Shown: in pieces, positions 19,301 to 29,169 of the stretch | Position numbering within the stretch: position 1 is the first letter of the stretch | Layout: every line of letters begins with the position of its first letter | Assembly: GCA_038742305.1 (NCBI GenBank) | Contig: JAVYKI010000004.1 | Coordinates: 19-64,018 of the forward strand | Reading direction: 5' to 3' | DNA length: 64,000 nucleotides | From: Candidatus Aenigmatarchaeota archaeon | GTDB taxonomy: Archaea; Aenigmatarchaeota; Aenigmatarchaeia; CG10238-14; SpSt-28 | Notes under the pieces: generated by a model | What the model was told of the DNA's origin: nothing | Database searches by the model: none | Seen by the model: only the letters and a program-made list of their open reading frames with translations | Made by a program: the position numbers and the translations under genes

Positions 19301-21307
19301 ATGGCCTCAAAAATATACTCCATATTACTTGCAACGACTTTAGTAGCATTAGCTAGCGCAGCAACTTTAGGAGATTTTCCAGGCATATTAGGACCAGAAT
19401 ATGTAATAGTTATTGGTAGAAATGCTGCAGTAGATGATGTATTAAGTGCTATTGATTTAGCAACAAGATTAGCAGAACTTGCTACAAAAGAAGTTACATT
19501 ACCAGGAGCAGTGCAATATGAAGTAAGAGGATGGGATGCAAGAATAAACTTATATGATAAGAATTTAACTCAAGGATTACCAGGAATGCTTATAAATTTC
19601 GATAGAAATGTTTTACCACAATTAAAAGTTTTAGTAGTTAGAAATGGTACTCAAACATTAACAGATGTTCCAGAAAAAGTAACATATTTATTAAGCAATT
19701 TATTTAATGCAGTATATGAAAACACAACATTACAATTAGTATTAGCAGCAAACACACCTTATTTTGAATACTATTTAGATTTAAATGGTAAAGAAGTATA
19801 TGCGGATGCAACAAAAGGTATAATATCTAGAATAACATTAGCAGGTCAACAATTTGCAATATCATCAATTGGTACAGATTCAGTAACAATTTTGAAAGGT
19901 TTCGGACCAGAATGGATAAGTGTAGGTACTGTAAGAGAATTAGCAGGTACAAATTATAAAGTAAGATTAGATGATGTAATAGGATTTGGAGAAGATGCTT
20001 TTGTAAGAGTAAGTGTATTAGATGAAAACAACAATGTAGTAGCAGCAACTGGATTATATCCAGGTCAATATGATGTAGTTCCAGTAGGTGATACAGAAAT
20101 AAAAGTAGTAGTACTAAGAGCATTTGGTTTTGGAGATCAAAAGATGGCTTATATGGTAGCAGGTGTTGAAGAAACTGTTAGCAAAAACAAACAAATAGAT
20201 AAATTGTTTGTTTGGACAGTAGAAACAACAACAAACGGATTATTAAGGAAAATAGGATATAGATTGCAACCAAACGAAACAGTATACTTAAATCCAGGAG
20301 AATCTATAGTATTTCCAAATAATTATCTAAAGTTAACATACATAGGATTAACTTCAAGTGATAAGGACTATTTAGCAACAATTAAAACAGAAATAGTTTC
20401 AATAGATGGTACTAAAGTAACAGCACTAAATGTTGCAAATAATACAGCAATAAAAGTATATGGAGTACCAATATATTCCTCAAGCAAAGCATATTCAGAA
20501 GTATATGTGGTATACAACGGAACTAACGCAACATTAGCAGAAAGAAATTCAACAGGTTATTATGTACCAATAAGTGATTCATTAACTTTGGGAGCAACAG
20601 GACTTGTTCTAAATGTAAATACGATAATTGCCGATAACAACGTAGAAATAAGAATAGGGGGGAATCTAGCTATTAATTATAGCATTGTAAATGGTAATGT
20701 AACTTCAGTTGTCGGAAGTGAAGATTGGTTATTAGGAGTTAATGCAGTACAAAGCAAAGGTAATGTAGTTTACACAGCATTTGGACATAAAGTTAAAGTA
20801 TCTAATGATGCTAAAGTAGTAGAAGCATCTTGGACACCAGTACAAGTATTTGCAAGATTAGTACTAGGCGAAGCAAGACAAAAAACAACAGAAGGAGGGA
20901 CAATAAAACAATTAGATGTAACTAAATTATCAAAACCAGTAGCAAGGTTTGATGATCAAGTTACATTAGATTCAGGCTTAACAACAAACTTAGTAGTTGT
21001 TGGAGGTCCTGTAGTAAACAGAGTTGCAGCAGAATTATTAGGAGTTGAATACGGAAACTTCACAGCAGCACAAGAATACTTTGAAAAGGCAAATGCAATA
21101 GATAAAGCAATAATTAAGTTAGTAGAAAATGTAGCAGGAAGTGGAAAGAATGCAATAGTAATAGCTGGTTGGAGAGCATCAGATACAAGATTAGCTTGCC
21201 AGTTATTGCAGCAATACGATAAGCATACAGCAGAATTAGCAGGAAAGACTGGAGTAGTTGTAGGAGGAACATTAGAAAGCCCAACAATAACTGAGCTAAC
21301 TGCTTAA
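19301..21307 (+). CDS. putative S-layer / major surface glycoprotein
   Basis: Signal peptide (MASKIYSILLATTLVALASAATLG), 668 aa rich in T/V/N/G/A with few charged residues, many N-x-S/T sequons and no TM anchor. Higher GC and biased codon usage suggest high expression. A strong T-tract follows. Confidence 0.65.
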   Translation: MASKIYSILLATTLVALASAATLGDFPGILGPEYVIVIGRNAAVDDVLSAIDLATRLAELATKEVTLPGAVQYEVRGWDARINLYDKNLTQGLPGMLINFDRNVLPQLKVLVVRNGTQTLTDVPEKVTYLLSNLFNAVYENTTLQLVLAANTPYFEYYLDLNGKEVYADATKGIISRITLAGQQFAISSIGTDSVTILKGFGPEWISVGTVRELAGTNYKVRLDDVIGFGEDAFVRVSVLDENNNVVAATGLYPGQYDVVPVGDTEIKVVVLRAFGFGDQKMAYMVAGVEETVSKNKQIDKLFVWTVETTTNGLLRKIGYRLQPNETVYLNPGESIVFPNNYLKLTYIGLTSSDKDYLATIKTEIVSIDGTKVTALNVANNTAIKVYGVPIYSSSKAYSEVYVVYNGTNATLAERNSTGYYVPISDSLTLGATGLVLNVNTIIADNNVEIRIGGNLAINYSIVNGNVTSVVGSEDWLLGVNAVQSKGNVVYTAFGHKVKVSNDAKVVEASWTPVQVFARLVLGEARQKTTEGGTIKQLDVTKLSKPVARFDDQVTLDSGLTTNLVVVGGPVVNRVAAELLGVEYGNFTAAQEYFEKANAIDKAIIKLVENVAGSGKNAIVIAGWRASDTRLACQLLQQYDKHTAELAGKTGVVVGGTLESPTITELTA

Positions 21308-21320
21308 ACTTTTTAGTAAC

Positions 21321-21352
21321 TTTCCTCTTTTTTTCTTTTTTATTTTGTTTTT
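21321..21352 (+). terminator. oligo-T terminator tract (tttcctctttttttcttttttattttgttttt)
   Basis: An archaeal-type T-rich tract starting 14 nt after the stop of the S-layer-like gene. Confidence 0.6.
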
Positions 21353-21738
21353 ATGGAAAGAGATATTGGAGAAATAGCTTTTATAAGGTTTTTAACTCTT
21401 ATTTTTATAATTTCAATAGGAGTATTTGGAATGGGCTATACTTTATATTCTTTCTAGTTTAAACTATTTTCAAAAATTGATTGCTCAAAAATTAATTTTT
21501 CTATAGATGTTTTAAAGAATTTCGATTATATATTGCTAATAATAAAAAATGAAGGCCAAGCTAATATAGAAAGTCAGATTTTATTTCTCAAAATAAAACA
21601 ATTGAAAAAAAGTTTAAGATAGATTTGCTTTCTTATCAAGTTACAAATTTAAAAATTCAAACAGCTTATCCATATGAAAAAATAATAGTAAGAAATAAGA
21701 ATTGCAAAGAAAAATATTATGAAATAAAATAAATATTT

Positions 21739-22146
21739 ATGAAAGGTTTAAGCCCTTTAATAGCTACAGTAATTTTAATTGGTTTAACAATAGTAGTAGC
21801 GGGTATACTAGGAGTTTGGGCTTCTAGTTTTGTAGGTCAAAGATTACAAACTTTTGAAAACGCTTCGGCTAAATGTGAATTAGTAAGCTTTGAAGTTTTT
21901 AGATGCATAAAATCGAACAATTCTTTAAGAATAATTTTAAACAGCAGGTCTACTGTTGATTTAAACGGAATTAGGTTTATATTAATATATTTAGATGGAA
22001 ATACTATTCAGAGAGATGATTTAACTCAATTACAAGCAAACTCTCTGCAAACTTATAATATAACTGATGTTCCAACCGAAAATTTAGAAAGCATAATTAT
22101 TAGGTCATTAGAGTGTCCGAACAGAGAATTAACTATTACTTGTTAA
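21739..22146 (+). CDS. archaeal type IV pilin-like protein with class III signal peptide
   Basis: N-terminus MKG|LSPLIATVILIGLTIVVAGILGV matches the prepilin-peptidase (PibD/FlaK) substrate pattern. Confidence 0.75.
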   Translation: MKGLSPLIATVILIGLTIVVAGILGVWASSFVGQRLQTFENASAKCELVSFEVFRCIKSNNSLRIILNSRSTVDLNGIRFILIYLDGNTIQRDDLTQLQANSLQTYNITDVPTENLESIIIRSLECPNRELTITC

Positions 22147-22932
22147 AATAAACATAGTAGCTAACAATCCTATAGCTATCATTATAACAGAATGCCTTAA
22201 TCCGGCTATAAGGCTACCTTCGGCCATTTTCCCAATAGTTAATCCGCTAAAAAAACCTTGAATTAATATCATATGAGTAAAAATTTGATTCAAAAATTTT
22301 ATATCAACTTTCATTTGAGCCCCTTTTACTATTTCAGGAATTAAAAATTTACTCATTACTATTACAATTCCTATAAAAACAAAGAAAATAATGTAGGAAT
22401 TTGTTATAGTAGAAGTTAAATAAAGTTTTCTTTCTCTCCTAATTTTCTCAATTTCTAGCATGCTTTTAGAAACAGCATCTAATATTCCTGCAACATCTCC
22501 CCCAGCTCTTATGCTTTGTCCAACAGTTAAGCAAATTTTTGAAATAATTTTTGAATTAGTTCTTCTAGCTAAATTGTTTAAAGCAGTATCAAAAGGTATC
22601 CCAATTTTAATTTCTGTAATAAGCTTTTTTACTAATGGAGTCAACCCTTTATAATCTACATCTTTTAAACTTTCTAAGGCATTAGTTAAATTCATTCCAG
22701 CTCTTAAGTTTTCTGATAAATCTCTTAAAAATGCAGTAAAATAAGTTTCATATTCTTTTAATAGCAAAGATTTTCTGTAAAAAATTAGAAAAATTATTAG
22801 TAAAGGAAGTAAAATGCTTAAAGCTTTAAAGATGTTAGATAATAAAACTAGCTGTATAAACAAAGAAATAAAGTATAAAAATATTCCAGAAAATATTCCT
22901 ACAGCAATTAAAACTATTTCTTCTTCTTTCAT
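22129..22932 (-). CDS. TadC/FlaJ-like pilus assembly membrane protein (T2SS-F domain)
   Basis: Polytopic with a cytoplasmic helical T2SSF-type domain. Second of a split FlaJ pair. Confidence 0.75.
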   Translation of the reverse strand: MKEEEIVLIAVGIFSGIFLYFISLFIQLVLLSNIFKALSILLPLLIIFLIFYRKSLLLKEYETYFTAFLRDLSENLRAGMNLTNALESLKDVDYKGLTPLVKKLITEIKIGIPFDTALNNLARRTNSKIISKICLTVGQSIRAGGDVAGILDAVSKSMLEIEKIRRERKLYLTSTITNSYIIFFVFIGIVIVMSKFLIPEIVKGAQMKVDIKFLNQIFTHMILIQGFFSGLTIGKMAEGSLIAGLRHSVIMIAIGLLATMFILTSNS

Positions 22933-23756
22933 GCTTCAACTTCGATTCCCTTAATGAATAATAAAAATATTATATTTAAAAGAGGCAAAAGCAAATAAGT
23001 ACCTATTATTATCCAATCAACTAAAGATAAGCCCATTAAATTTCCGGCTTGAATAATATTCATCATTACTATCATGGAAACAATAAACATTGGAGTAGCA
23101 ATTACTAATCCAACATAAAGTTCAGAAAAAATGCTTAACCTTTGAATAAATTCTTCTCTTTTTATTTTCCATTCAAAAGAAATTTGGTCATACATAACTT
23201 TTAGAAAACCTTTAATATCTCCACCACTTTCTATAGTAGTTACTAGATTATTTAAAAATTTTTGGAAAGTTTTTGAAGGAGTTGTTTTTGCAACACTTCT
23301 TATTGCGCTTATAAAATCTAAGCCATAAACATCCATTCTTCTAACTATTTCTTTTAACTCTTTCCCTACCCCTTCATATTCTTTAAAGCTAGATAAAATT
23401 CTAAACATTACGTGAGGAGCAATATTGCTTTCTACAATAGAAGATAAATGAGAAATTGCATATGGTAATTCATTTTCAATTTTTATTGCTAAAGAGTTTG
23501 CAATATATTTTGGATAAGTGTAAAGAGTAAGAAAAACAATTAAGGGAAAAAGTAATGGTAAAAAGAAATATTTAAAGTTTAAAAAAAGTAAAAGTAAAGA
23601 AAAAATTATTGAAATAAAAAAAGAAATTAGAGTAAAAGAAAAAAGGTTTTTTAAATAAATTGTATAAGGAGTTTTCATTCTCGCAGCTTTTAAATCTTTT
23701 TCTAATGCTTTAAAAAATTTTAATTTTTTTGCTTTCTCTACTAAAAAATTTATCAT
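22929..23756 (-). CDS. TadB/FlaJ-like pilus assembly membrane protein (T2SS-F domain)
   Basis: T2SSF-like block (…LKEIVRRMDVYGLDFISAIRSVAKTTPSKTFQKFLNNLVTTIESGGDIKGFL…) and TM helices. Coupled to the next gene by a 4-nt overlap. Confidence 0.8.
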   Translation of the reverse strand: MINFLVEKAKKLKFFKALEKDLKAARMKTPYTIYLKNLFSFTLISFFISIIFSLLLLFLNFKYFFLPLLFPLIVFLTLYTYPKYIANSLAIKIENELPYAISHLSSIVESNIAPHVMFRILSSFKEYEGVGKELKEIVRRMDVYGLDFISAIRSVAKTTPSKTFQKFLNNLVTTIESGGDIKGFLKVMYDQISFEWKIKREEFIQRLSIFSELYVGLVIATPMFIVSMIVMMNIIQAGNLMGLSLVDWIIIGTYLLLPLLNIIFLLFIKGIEVEA

Positions 23757-23760
23757 AAAT

Positions 23761-25362
23761 TTATTTTACTTCAATAATTCTATAGCCTAATAATTCAGCT
23801 AATTCTTTAGCTTCTTTAATCAAAAGTTCTTTTCTAGCTTCTTCATACTCTTTCTTACCTTCAATCATTTCATCTACAAGCTTTTTATCTTTATAATACA
23901 TTTTAATTATTTCCGCAACTTTTTCATATTCTTTTATGTTGTTTTTTCTCATCCATTCAATAACCTTTTTTCTCTTTTCTAACTCTTCTTTTAATCTTTC
24001 TAAAGAAATACCATATTTTTCGCTTATTTTAGTTAACTTTACGCTTTCATTTTCTTTAACAAAATTATCCTCAAACGCATTCCATCTATAAACAATGTTT
24101 TTATAAACATCTCCAGTATTTTTATCTATACTACTAATTTCAGAAATTTCTACAACTCTTCTTGCAAATTCTGCCTTTTCTTTTGCTCTTCTCATTACTA
24201 TTACTAAATCTAAAGCTTCTAATAAGCCGGTTGGTAATTCTATGGGAGGGCTAATTAATCTTTTTACTAACGTTTCAACACTTTCTGCATGAAAAGTTGA
24301 TAAACATGCATGACCAGAAGCCATTCCTTGAAACATTACATAAATTTCTTTGCCTCTAGTTTCTCCTACAATAACATAATCAGGATTCATTCTAAAACTT
24401 TCTTTTAATAAATCGAACAAAGTAACTTCTCCATACTTTTCTCCAGTTAAAAGTGGTAAACCAAAGCCGCTTCTAGTAACTAGTGGTACCCAATGCTCAT
24501 GTACAAACCTTAATTCTCTAGTATCCTCTATGCTCACAATTTTAGCTTCTGGCCTTATAAATTGGCCTAAAGCTGAAAGCAATGATGTTTTCCCAGAACC
24601 TACTCCACCAATTATTAATGCAGAAACTTTATGCTCTATTAATAGCCATAAATATGCTGCAATTTCTTCGTTTAAAGTATTAAGCTCTATTAATTCAATT
24701 ATTGAAAAAGGTCTTTCAGTAAACTTTCTTATGGTAAAGCTCGGACCTCTACCGCTAATTTCTTCTGAATAAGTTGCAGAAACTCTTGAGCCATCTGGCA
24801 AAGTAGCTTCTAATATAGGCTCGGCATAAGTTACAAACCTTCCGCTTCTTTGAGCTAACTTAACTATAAAATTTTTTAATCTTTCTTCGCTTTCAAAAAC
24901 AATGTTAGTTTTTATGCTTCCATAAACTCTATGAACAACAAAAATTGGTACTTTTGTACCGCTACAGCTAATATCCTCTATATAAGGGTCACTAAGCAAA
25001 GGCTCTATTTCGTTAAAACCAACAAAATCTCTAAAAACATAATACTTTATTTTTTCAAGACTTTCTTTTGAAAGCTTAAGGTTTAAAGTTTTAACAGCTT
25101 TTTCTATAAGCTCAGAAATAACTTTTATTGCAACTTCTTTTTTTAATTCTGTAATATCTACTTCTAAAAACTCTATTATTAATTCTTTTATTTTTTCAAG
25201 TGCTTCTTTTTCTTTTTTATCTAGAATAGGCTCTAAGACTTCATATTTTAGCTCGTTAGAATTTTTATCGAAATAAATATGGGCAAAAGCATATGGAGGA
25301 ATTAATTCATAAGTTATATCAGTTTCCCTAATACTTTTTGCTTTTTCAAAAAAAATTTTCAT
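23761..25362 (-). CDS. FlaI/TadA-family secretion ATPase (VirB11-like)
   Basis: Walker A GGVGSGKTSLLSAL, Asp/Glu boxes and His box in FlaI-like order. Confidence 0.9.
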   Translation of the reverse strand: MKIFFEKAKSIRETDITYELIPPYAFAHIYFDKNSNELKYEVLEPILDKKEKEALEKIKELIIEFLEVDITELKKEVAIKVISELIEKAVKTLNLKLSKESLEKIKYYVFRDFVGFNEIEPLLSDPYIEDISCSGTKVPIFVVHRVYGSIKTNIVFESEERLKNFIVKLAQRSGRFVTYAEPILEATLPDGSRVSATYSEEISGRGPSFTIRKFTERPFSIIELIELNTLNEEIAAYLWLLIEHKVSALIIGGVGSGKTSLLSALGQFIRPEAKIVSIEDTRELRFVHEHWVPLVTRSGFGLPLLTGEKYGEVTLFDLLKESFRMNPDYVIVGETRGKEIYVMFQGMASGHACLSTFHAESVETLVKRLISPPIELPTGLLEALDLVIVMRRAKEKAEFARRVVEISEISSIDKNTGDVYKNIVYRWNAFEDNFVKENESVKLTKISEKYGISLERLKEELEKRKKVIEWMRKNNIKEYEKVAEIIKMYYKDKKLVDEMIEGKKEYEEARKELLIKEAKELAELLGYRIIEVK

Positions 25363-25394
25363 AAATATATTACAACGATAGTTAATATTAAGGT

Positions 25395-25715
25395 TTATTC
25401 CTTTCTCTTTTTTCTAACAGCTTTTCCTGGCTGAACTACTCCTAAAAATCTTGCACATTTTGGGCAAACTCTTAATACAACGCTATTAGTGCTTATTAAG
25501 TTTTTATCTACAGAAGAAAGAATTAAAGGATCGTTAATTAAAAACTTTCTTCTTATTACAAAAGTCTTATACCTAGGATAAAGGCCATTACATAAATCGC
25601 AAGGAATATGGTACTCATTTCCTCTAGCCTTTGTATGTTGATACGTTCTTTTGTACGGTGCTTTACTAATTGGCATATAATTATGTTCTTTAAATAAATA
25701 TTTAAAAAGTTCCAA
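25395..25715 (-). CDS. zinc-ribbon protein, unknown function
   Basis: CDLC…CPKC pairs and a basic tail. Overlaps the next gene by 14 nt. Confidence 0.45.
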   Translation of the reverse strand: MELFKYLFKEHNYMPISKAPYKRTYQHTKARGNEYHIPCDLCNGLYPRYKTFVIRRKFLINDPLILSSVDKNLISTNSVVLRVCPKCARFLGVVQPGKAVRKKRKE

Positions 25716-26040
25716 TTACCCAATGAAAATCGTAATAATTTACAACTTTTTTTCTAAAATAATTTGCCAAGCTTTTATCTTTTTTTTCTAAAACGTTTGC
25801 TAATAATTGCCATAAGTCCCATCTACATATTGGCAAGTTTTTTATTTTTTCTAGTTTTTCTATTTCTCTTTCAAAGTTGCCTTTTTTTCTTAAAAATTCT
25901 TGAATTTCACTAACTATTTTTTTATTGCTAGAATAACCATTCATTATTTCATGACACATTAAACAATAAGAATTTCCAACCATTTCTTCGTAACTAGTTT
26001 TTTCTTCCTCTATAAATTCTAAATAGCAGCTTTCACACAA
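25702..26040 (-). CDS. Cys/His-rich small protein, unknown function
   Basis: MCESCY…CLMCHE motif. Confidence 0.45.
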   Translation of the reverse strand: MCESCYLEFIEEEKTSYEEMVGNSYCLMCHEIMNGYSSNKKIVSEIQEFLRKKGNFEREIEKLEKIKNLPICRWDLWQLLANVLEKKDKSLANYFRKKVVNYYDFHWVIGTF

Positions 26041-26280
26041 TCCATTAATTAAATAGTTTTCGTTTCCACACTTTTCACATATTTCAAATGTATAATCAGA
26101 ATTTATAGCACGAAAATTATTTTGAAAATCTTTTTGCCGGGTATAGGACTTAATCCCCCCCGGCTCTTAATTTTTTGTTAATCTCTAATATAAAATTCTT
26201 TCCACATCCTTTATATCTTTTTTCTACTACAACAGTCATATACTAATTAAGTATAACTCATATTTAAGCTTTTCTATATT

Positions 26281-27183
26281 ATGAATGAGAATTTTTGGCA
26301 AGAGTTTTTAAAAATTAAAAATAAGCTTAAAAATAAATTTGAAAATTTAAAGCAAATAAAGTTGGAAAATATTGTTTGGAATAAATTGCCAAAAGAAAAT
26401 AAAGAAGAAATTGTTGCAATAGATGGTAGCTATAATTATGTAAGATACAAATCCTTTGTTTTCTATGCAATTTCTGCTGTTGCATTAGAATTTAATGGAA
26501 AAAGTAAAATTTATACAAGTTTCGAAAGTGATATTGTATACAATTTTGTAGAAATAGAGGATTATTTAAAAGTTAAAATGATATTAAAAGAATTAGAACT
26601 TGCAAAAAAATTCGATAAAAATGTAATGCTAGATGGTTCTTTTTCTTCTTTTTATAATTTTACACCTTCTTTAATTTCTTTACTTTCAAAAGAAGAAAGA
26701 AAGAAAATAAGGGAAAATTTTGAAAAAATGAATGAAGAAGAATTAGATAAATTGCAAGCAGTTTATTTTAATATTTTAAAAATAAGGAAAATAATAAAAG
26801 AGCTTTCTGAAAAAAATAATTTAATTTTTTCTGTTGCTAAATCAATTTCTGCAAAAAGGTATTCAAAAATTCCAGATATTTTTATTTTCGATTTATTTGA
26901 AGAAGGCTATTCAGAAATTTACGAAGAAAAAGTTGGATTAAATTTTATAACTATATACTTTAAACTTTCAAAAAATTCTCAAATTTTTAAACTTACAACT
27001 TTTGAAAAAAATAAAGATAAAATAGAAAGAATTTTATCAATTCTTAAAGCTTATGAAGTTAATGGATATCCTTACCCTTTAACTCAAGCTCATAAAAATT
27101 GTAAAATAACTAATGAAGAAATTAAGAAAATGATCAAAATAATTGGAATAACAGAAAAAACTGGAAGAGAAGTATTATTATGA
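26281..27183 (+). CDS. nurA: NurA-like 5'-3' nuclease
   Basis: N-terminal IVAIDGSYNY (NurA motif I with catalytic Asp). Size and position immediately upstream of and overlapping herA. Confidence 0.65.
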   Translation: MNENFWQEFLKIKNKLKNKFENLKQIKLENIVWNKLPKENKEEIVAIDGSYNYVRYKSFVFYAISAVALEFNGKSKIYTSFESDIVYNFVEIEDYLKVKMILKELELAKKFDKNVMLDGSFSSFYNFTPSLISLLSKEERKKIRENFEKMNEEELDKLQAVYFNILKIRKIIKELSEKNNLIFSVAKSISAKRYSKIPDIFIFDLFEEGYSEIYEEKVGLNFITIYFKLSKNSQIFKLTTFEKNKDKIERILSILKAYEVNGYPYPLTQAHKNCKITNEEIKKMIKIIGITEKTGREVLL

Positions 27184-28628
27184 TAATTGGAAGATGTATT
27201 GGAGAAGCAAAAGTAAACGAAGTTAGCTTTATTTCTTCCAAAGTTCCTCAAATAGGTCAATATGTAATTCTTGAATACGAGGGTTATAAAGTTTTAGGAA
27301 TGATAGAAAATTTGGTAAGGTTTCATCCTGCACTAGAAGAAGTTTATAATGAAGAAAGTATTGAAAAAATAAGGGAAATTGATAAAGACAGTTTTGTAAT
27401 AAAAGGTAAAATTAAAATAATTGGAGAAGTAGAAAGCTTAAAATTACCAAGAATTCCTCCTTTGCCTGGAACAGAAGTTAAAGTTGCAGATAAGGAGCTT
27501 TTGGAGAAAATTTTTGGAAAAAGTGAAAAATCAATACATATTGGAACTCTTTTAACTAATAGCGAAGTTAACGTTTATTTAGATATAAACAAATTAATAA
27601 GCAGACATTTGGCAATTCTTTCAATAACTGGAGCTGGAAAATCTAATACAGTTGCTGTAATAGTTAATGAACTATTAAAATTTAACGGAACAAGCTTGAT
27701 TTTCGATATGCACAGCGAATATTTAGATGCAAGTTTTGAAAGAAAAATTATTTTGCCTACAAAAATTAATCCTCTTTTTTTAGATGATATAGAGTTTGCA
27801 AAACTAATTAATATAGGAGAAGAAGCATATGTTCAAGCTAGGTATTTAAGAAAAGCGTTAAGAGAAGCTAAGCAAGCGGTTTTTCAAGGAATGTTAGATT
27901 ATAATAAAGAAAAGTTTTTTGAATTTATAATAAAAAAGCTTGAAAAAGATGCTGAAGAAGTTAAAGATTATTCTAATAGAAATTCAATTTTTAAAGTAAT
28001 TGCAAAAATAGAAGATTTTTTGTTAAGGTTTGGAGAAGTAATAGATTTAACAGAAAAGGATACAGTAGATTTATTAAAAAAAGGCTATGTAAATGTTTTA
28101 GATTTAGGCAATGTAGACGAAGAAACCGCAGATGTAATAGTAAGCCATACTTTAAGGAAAATACTTGAAAAAAGGAAAAGTTATAAAATTAGTAAGCAAG
28201 GACTAAGCTTTCCAATATTTGTAGTTATTGAAGAAGCTCATATTCTAATACCAAAAGATAGAGAAACTCTTTCAAGTTATTATGTTTCAAGAATTGCTAG
28301 AGAAGGTAGAAAGTTTGGAATAGGCTTATGCTTAGTTTCTCAGAGACCTAAAAATTTAGATGCAAATGCATTAAGTCAAGCAAATAATATGATAATACTT
28401 AAATTAGTTGAACCTGGAGACCAAAGATATGTTCAAGAAGCAAGCGAGCAATTGAGTGAAGAATTATTAATGCACTTACCTTCTTTAAATATAGGGGAAG
28501 CTGTAGTTATAGGACCTGCAATTAGAATTCCTGCTTTAGTTAAAATAAAGAAGTTTGAAGGTAAAATTAGTGGAACAGATATAGATTTTGTTGAAGAATG
28601 GAATAAAAATGAAGAAATAGATTTATAA
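27180..28628 (+). CDS. herA: HerA-family FtsK-like hexameric ATPase/helicase
   Basis: N-terminal HAS-barrel-like region, Walker A LSITGAGKSNT, Walker B FVVIEEAHIL and arginine-finger region. Confidence 0.8.
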   Translation: MIIGRCIGEAKVNEVSFISSKVPQIGQYVILEYEGYKVLGMIENLVRFHPALEEVYNEESIEKIREIDKDSFVIKGKIKIIGEVESLKLPRIPPLPGTEVKVADKELLEKIFGKSEKSIHIGTLLTNSEVNVYLDINKLISRHLAILSITGAGKSNTVAVIVNELLKFNGTSLIFDMHSEYLDASFERKIILPTKINPLFLDDIEFAKLINIGEEAYVQARYLRKALREAKQAVFQGMLDYNKEKFFEFIIKKLEKDAEEVKDYSNRNSIFKVIAKIEDFLLRFGEVIDLTEKDTVDLLKKGYVNVLDLGNVDEETADVIVSHTLRKILEKRKSYKISKQGLSFPIFVVIEEAHILIPKDRETLSSYYVSRIAREGRKFGIGLCLVSQRPKNLDANALSQANNMIILKLVEPGDQRYVQEASEQLSEELLMHLPSLNIGEAVVIGPAIRIPALVKIKKFEGKISGTDIDFVEEWNKNEEIDL

Positions 28629-28629
28629 T

Positions 28630-29169
28630 ATGGAAAGAACTTTAGTTTTAATAAAACCAGATGCAATAGAAAGAAAGTTAATAGGAGAAATAATAAAAAG
28701 GTTTGAACAAGCAAATTTAAAAATAGTTGCTTTAAAAATGTTGAAAGCAACAAGAGCAAAGCTAGCAAAACATTATGTAGGAACTAAAGAATATTTAATT
28801 TCTTTAGGAAACAAAACTCTTTCTAACATGAAAAAAGAAGAAGTTGAAAAAATTTTTGGAAGTTTAGACCCATATAAAATAGGAAAAACAATAAGAAATT
28901 GGCTAATAGAATATTTAAATAATAAAGAAGTAGTTGCAATAGTTTTGGAAGGGGAAAATGCAGTACAGAAAGTTAGAGAAATTGTTGGATTTACTGATCC
29001 ATCTAAAGCAGCCAAAGGAACTATAAGAGGGGATTTTGGAGAAGACAGTATTGAAAAAGCAAACAGCGAAAAAAGAGCAGTTAGGAATTTAGTTCATGCA
29101 AGCGGAAGTAAAGAAGAAGCGGAAAAAGAAATTTTAATTTGGTTTGGAAAAAATTATTATGAAAAATGA
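28630..29169 (+). CDS. ndk: nucleoside diphosphate kinase
   Basis: RTLVLIKPDAIERKLIGEII N-terminus and NLVHASGS active-site His region, with an internal insertion. Confidence 0.85.
   Translation: MERTLVLIKPDAIERKLIGEIIKRFEQANLKIVALKMLKATRAKLAKHYVGTKEYLISLGNKTLSNMKKEEVEKIFGSLDPYKIGKTIRNWLIEYLNNKEVVAIVLEGENAVQKVREIVGFTDPSKAAKGTIRGDFGEDSIEKANSEKRAVRNLVHASGSKEEAEKEILIWFGKNYYEK

Noticed and set aside
19827-20123. 98-aa minus-strand ORF rich in L/H/Q
   Set aside because: Antisense to the S-layer-like gene; low-complexity.
26136-26164. Considered whether the GC hairpin is a tRNA or tRNA half
   Set aside because: Too short (29 nt), with no T-loop or D-loop consensus and no acceptor-stem partner. 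It is kept only as a hairpin finding.
28433-28768. 111-aa minus-strand ORF
   Set aside because: Antisense across the herA/ndk junction; leucine-rich low complexity.
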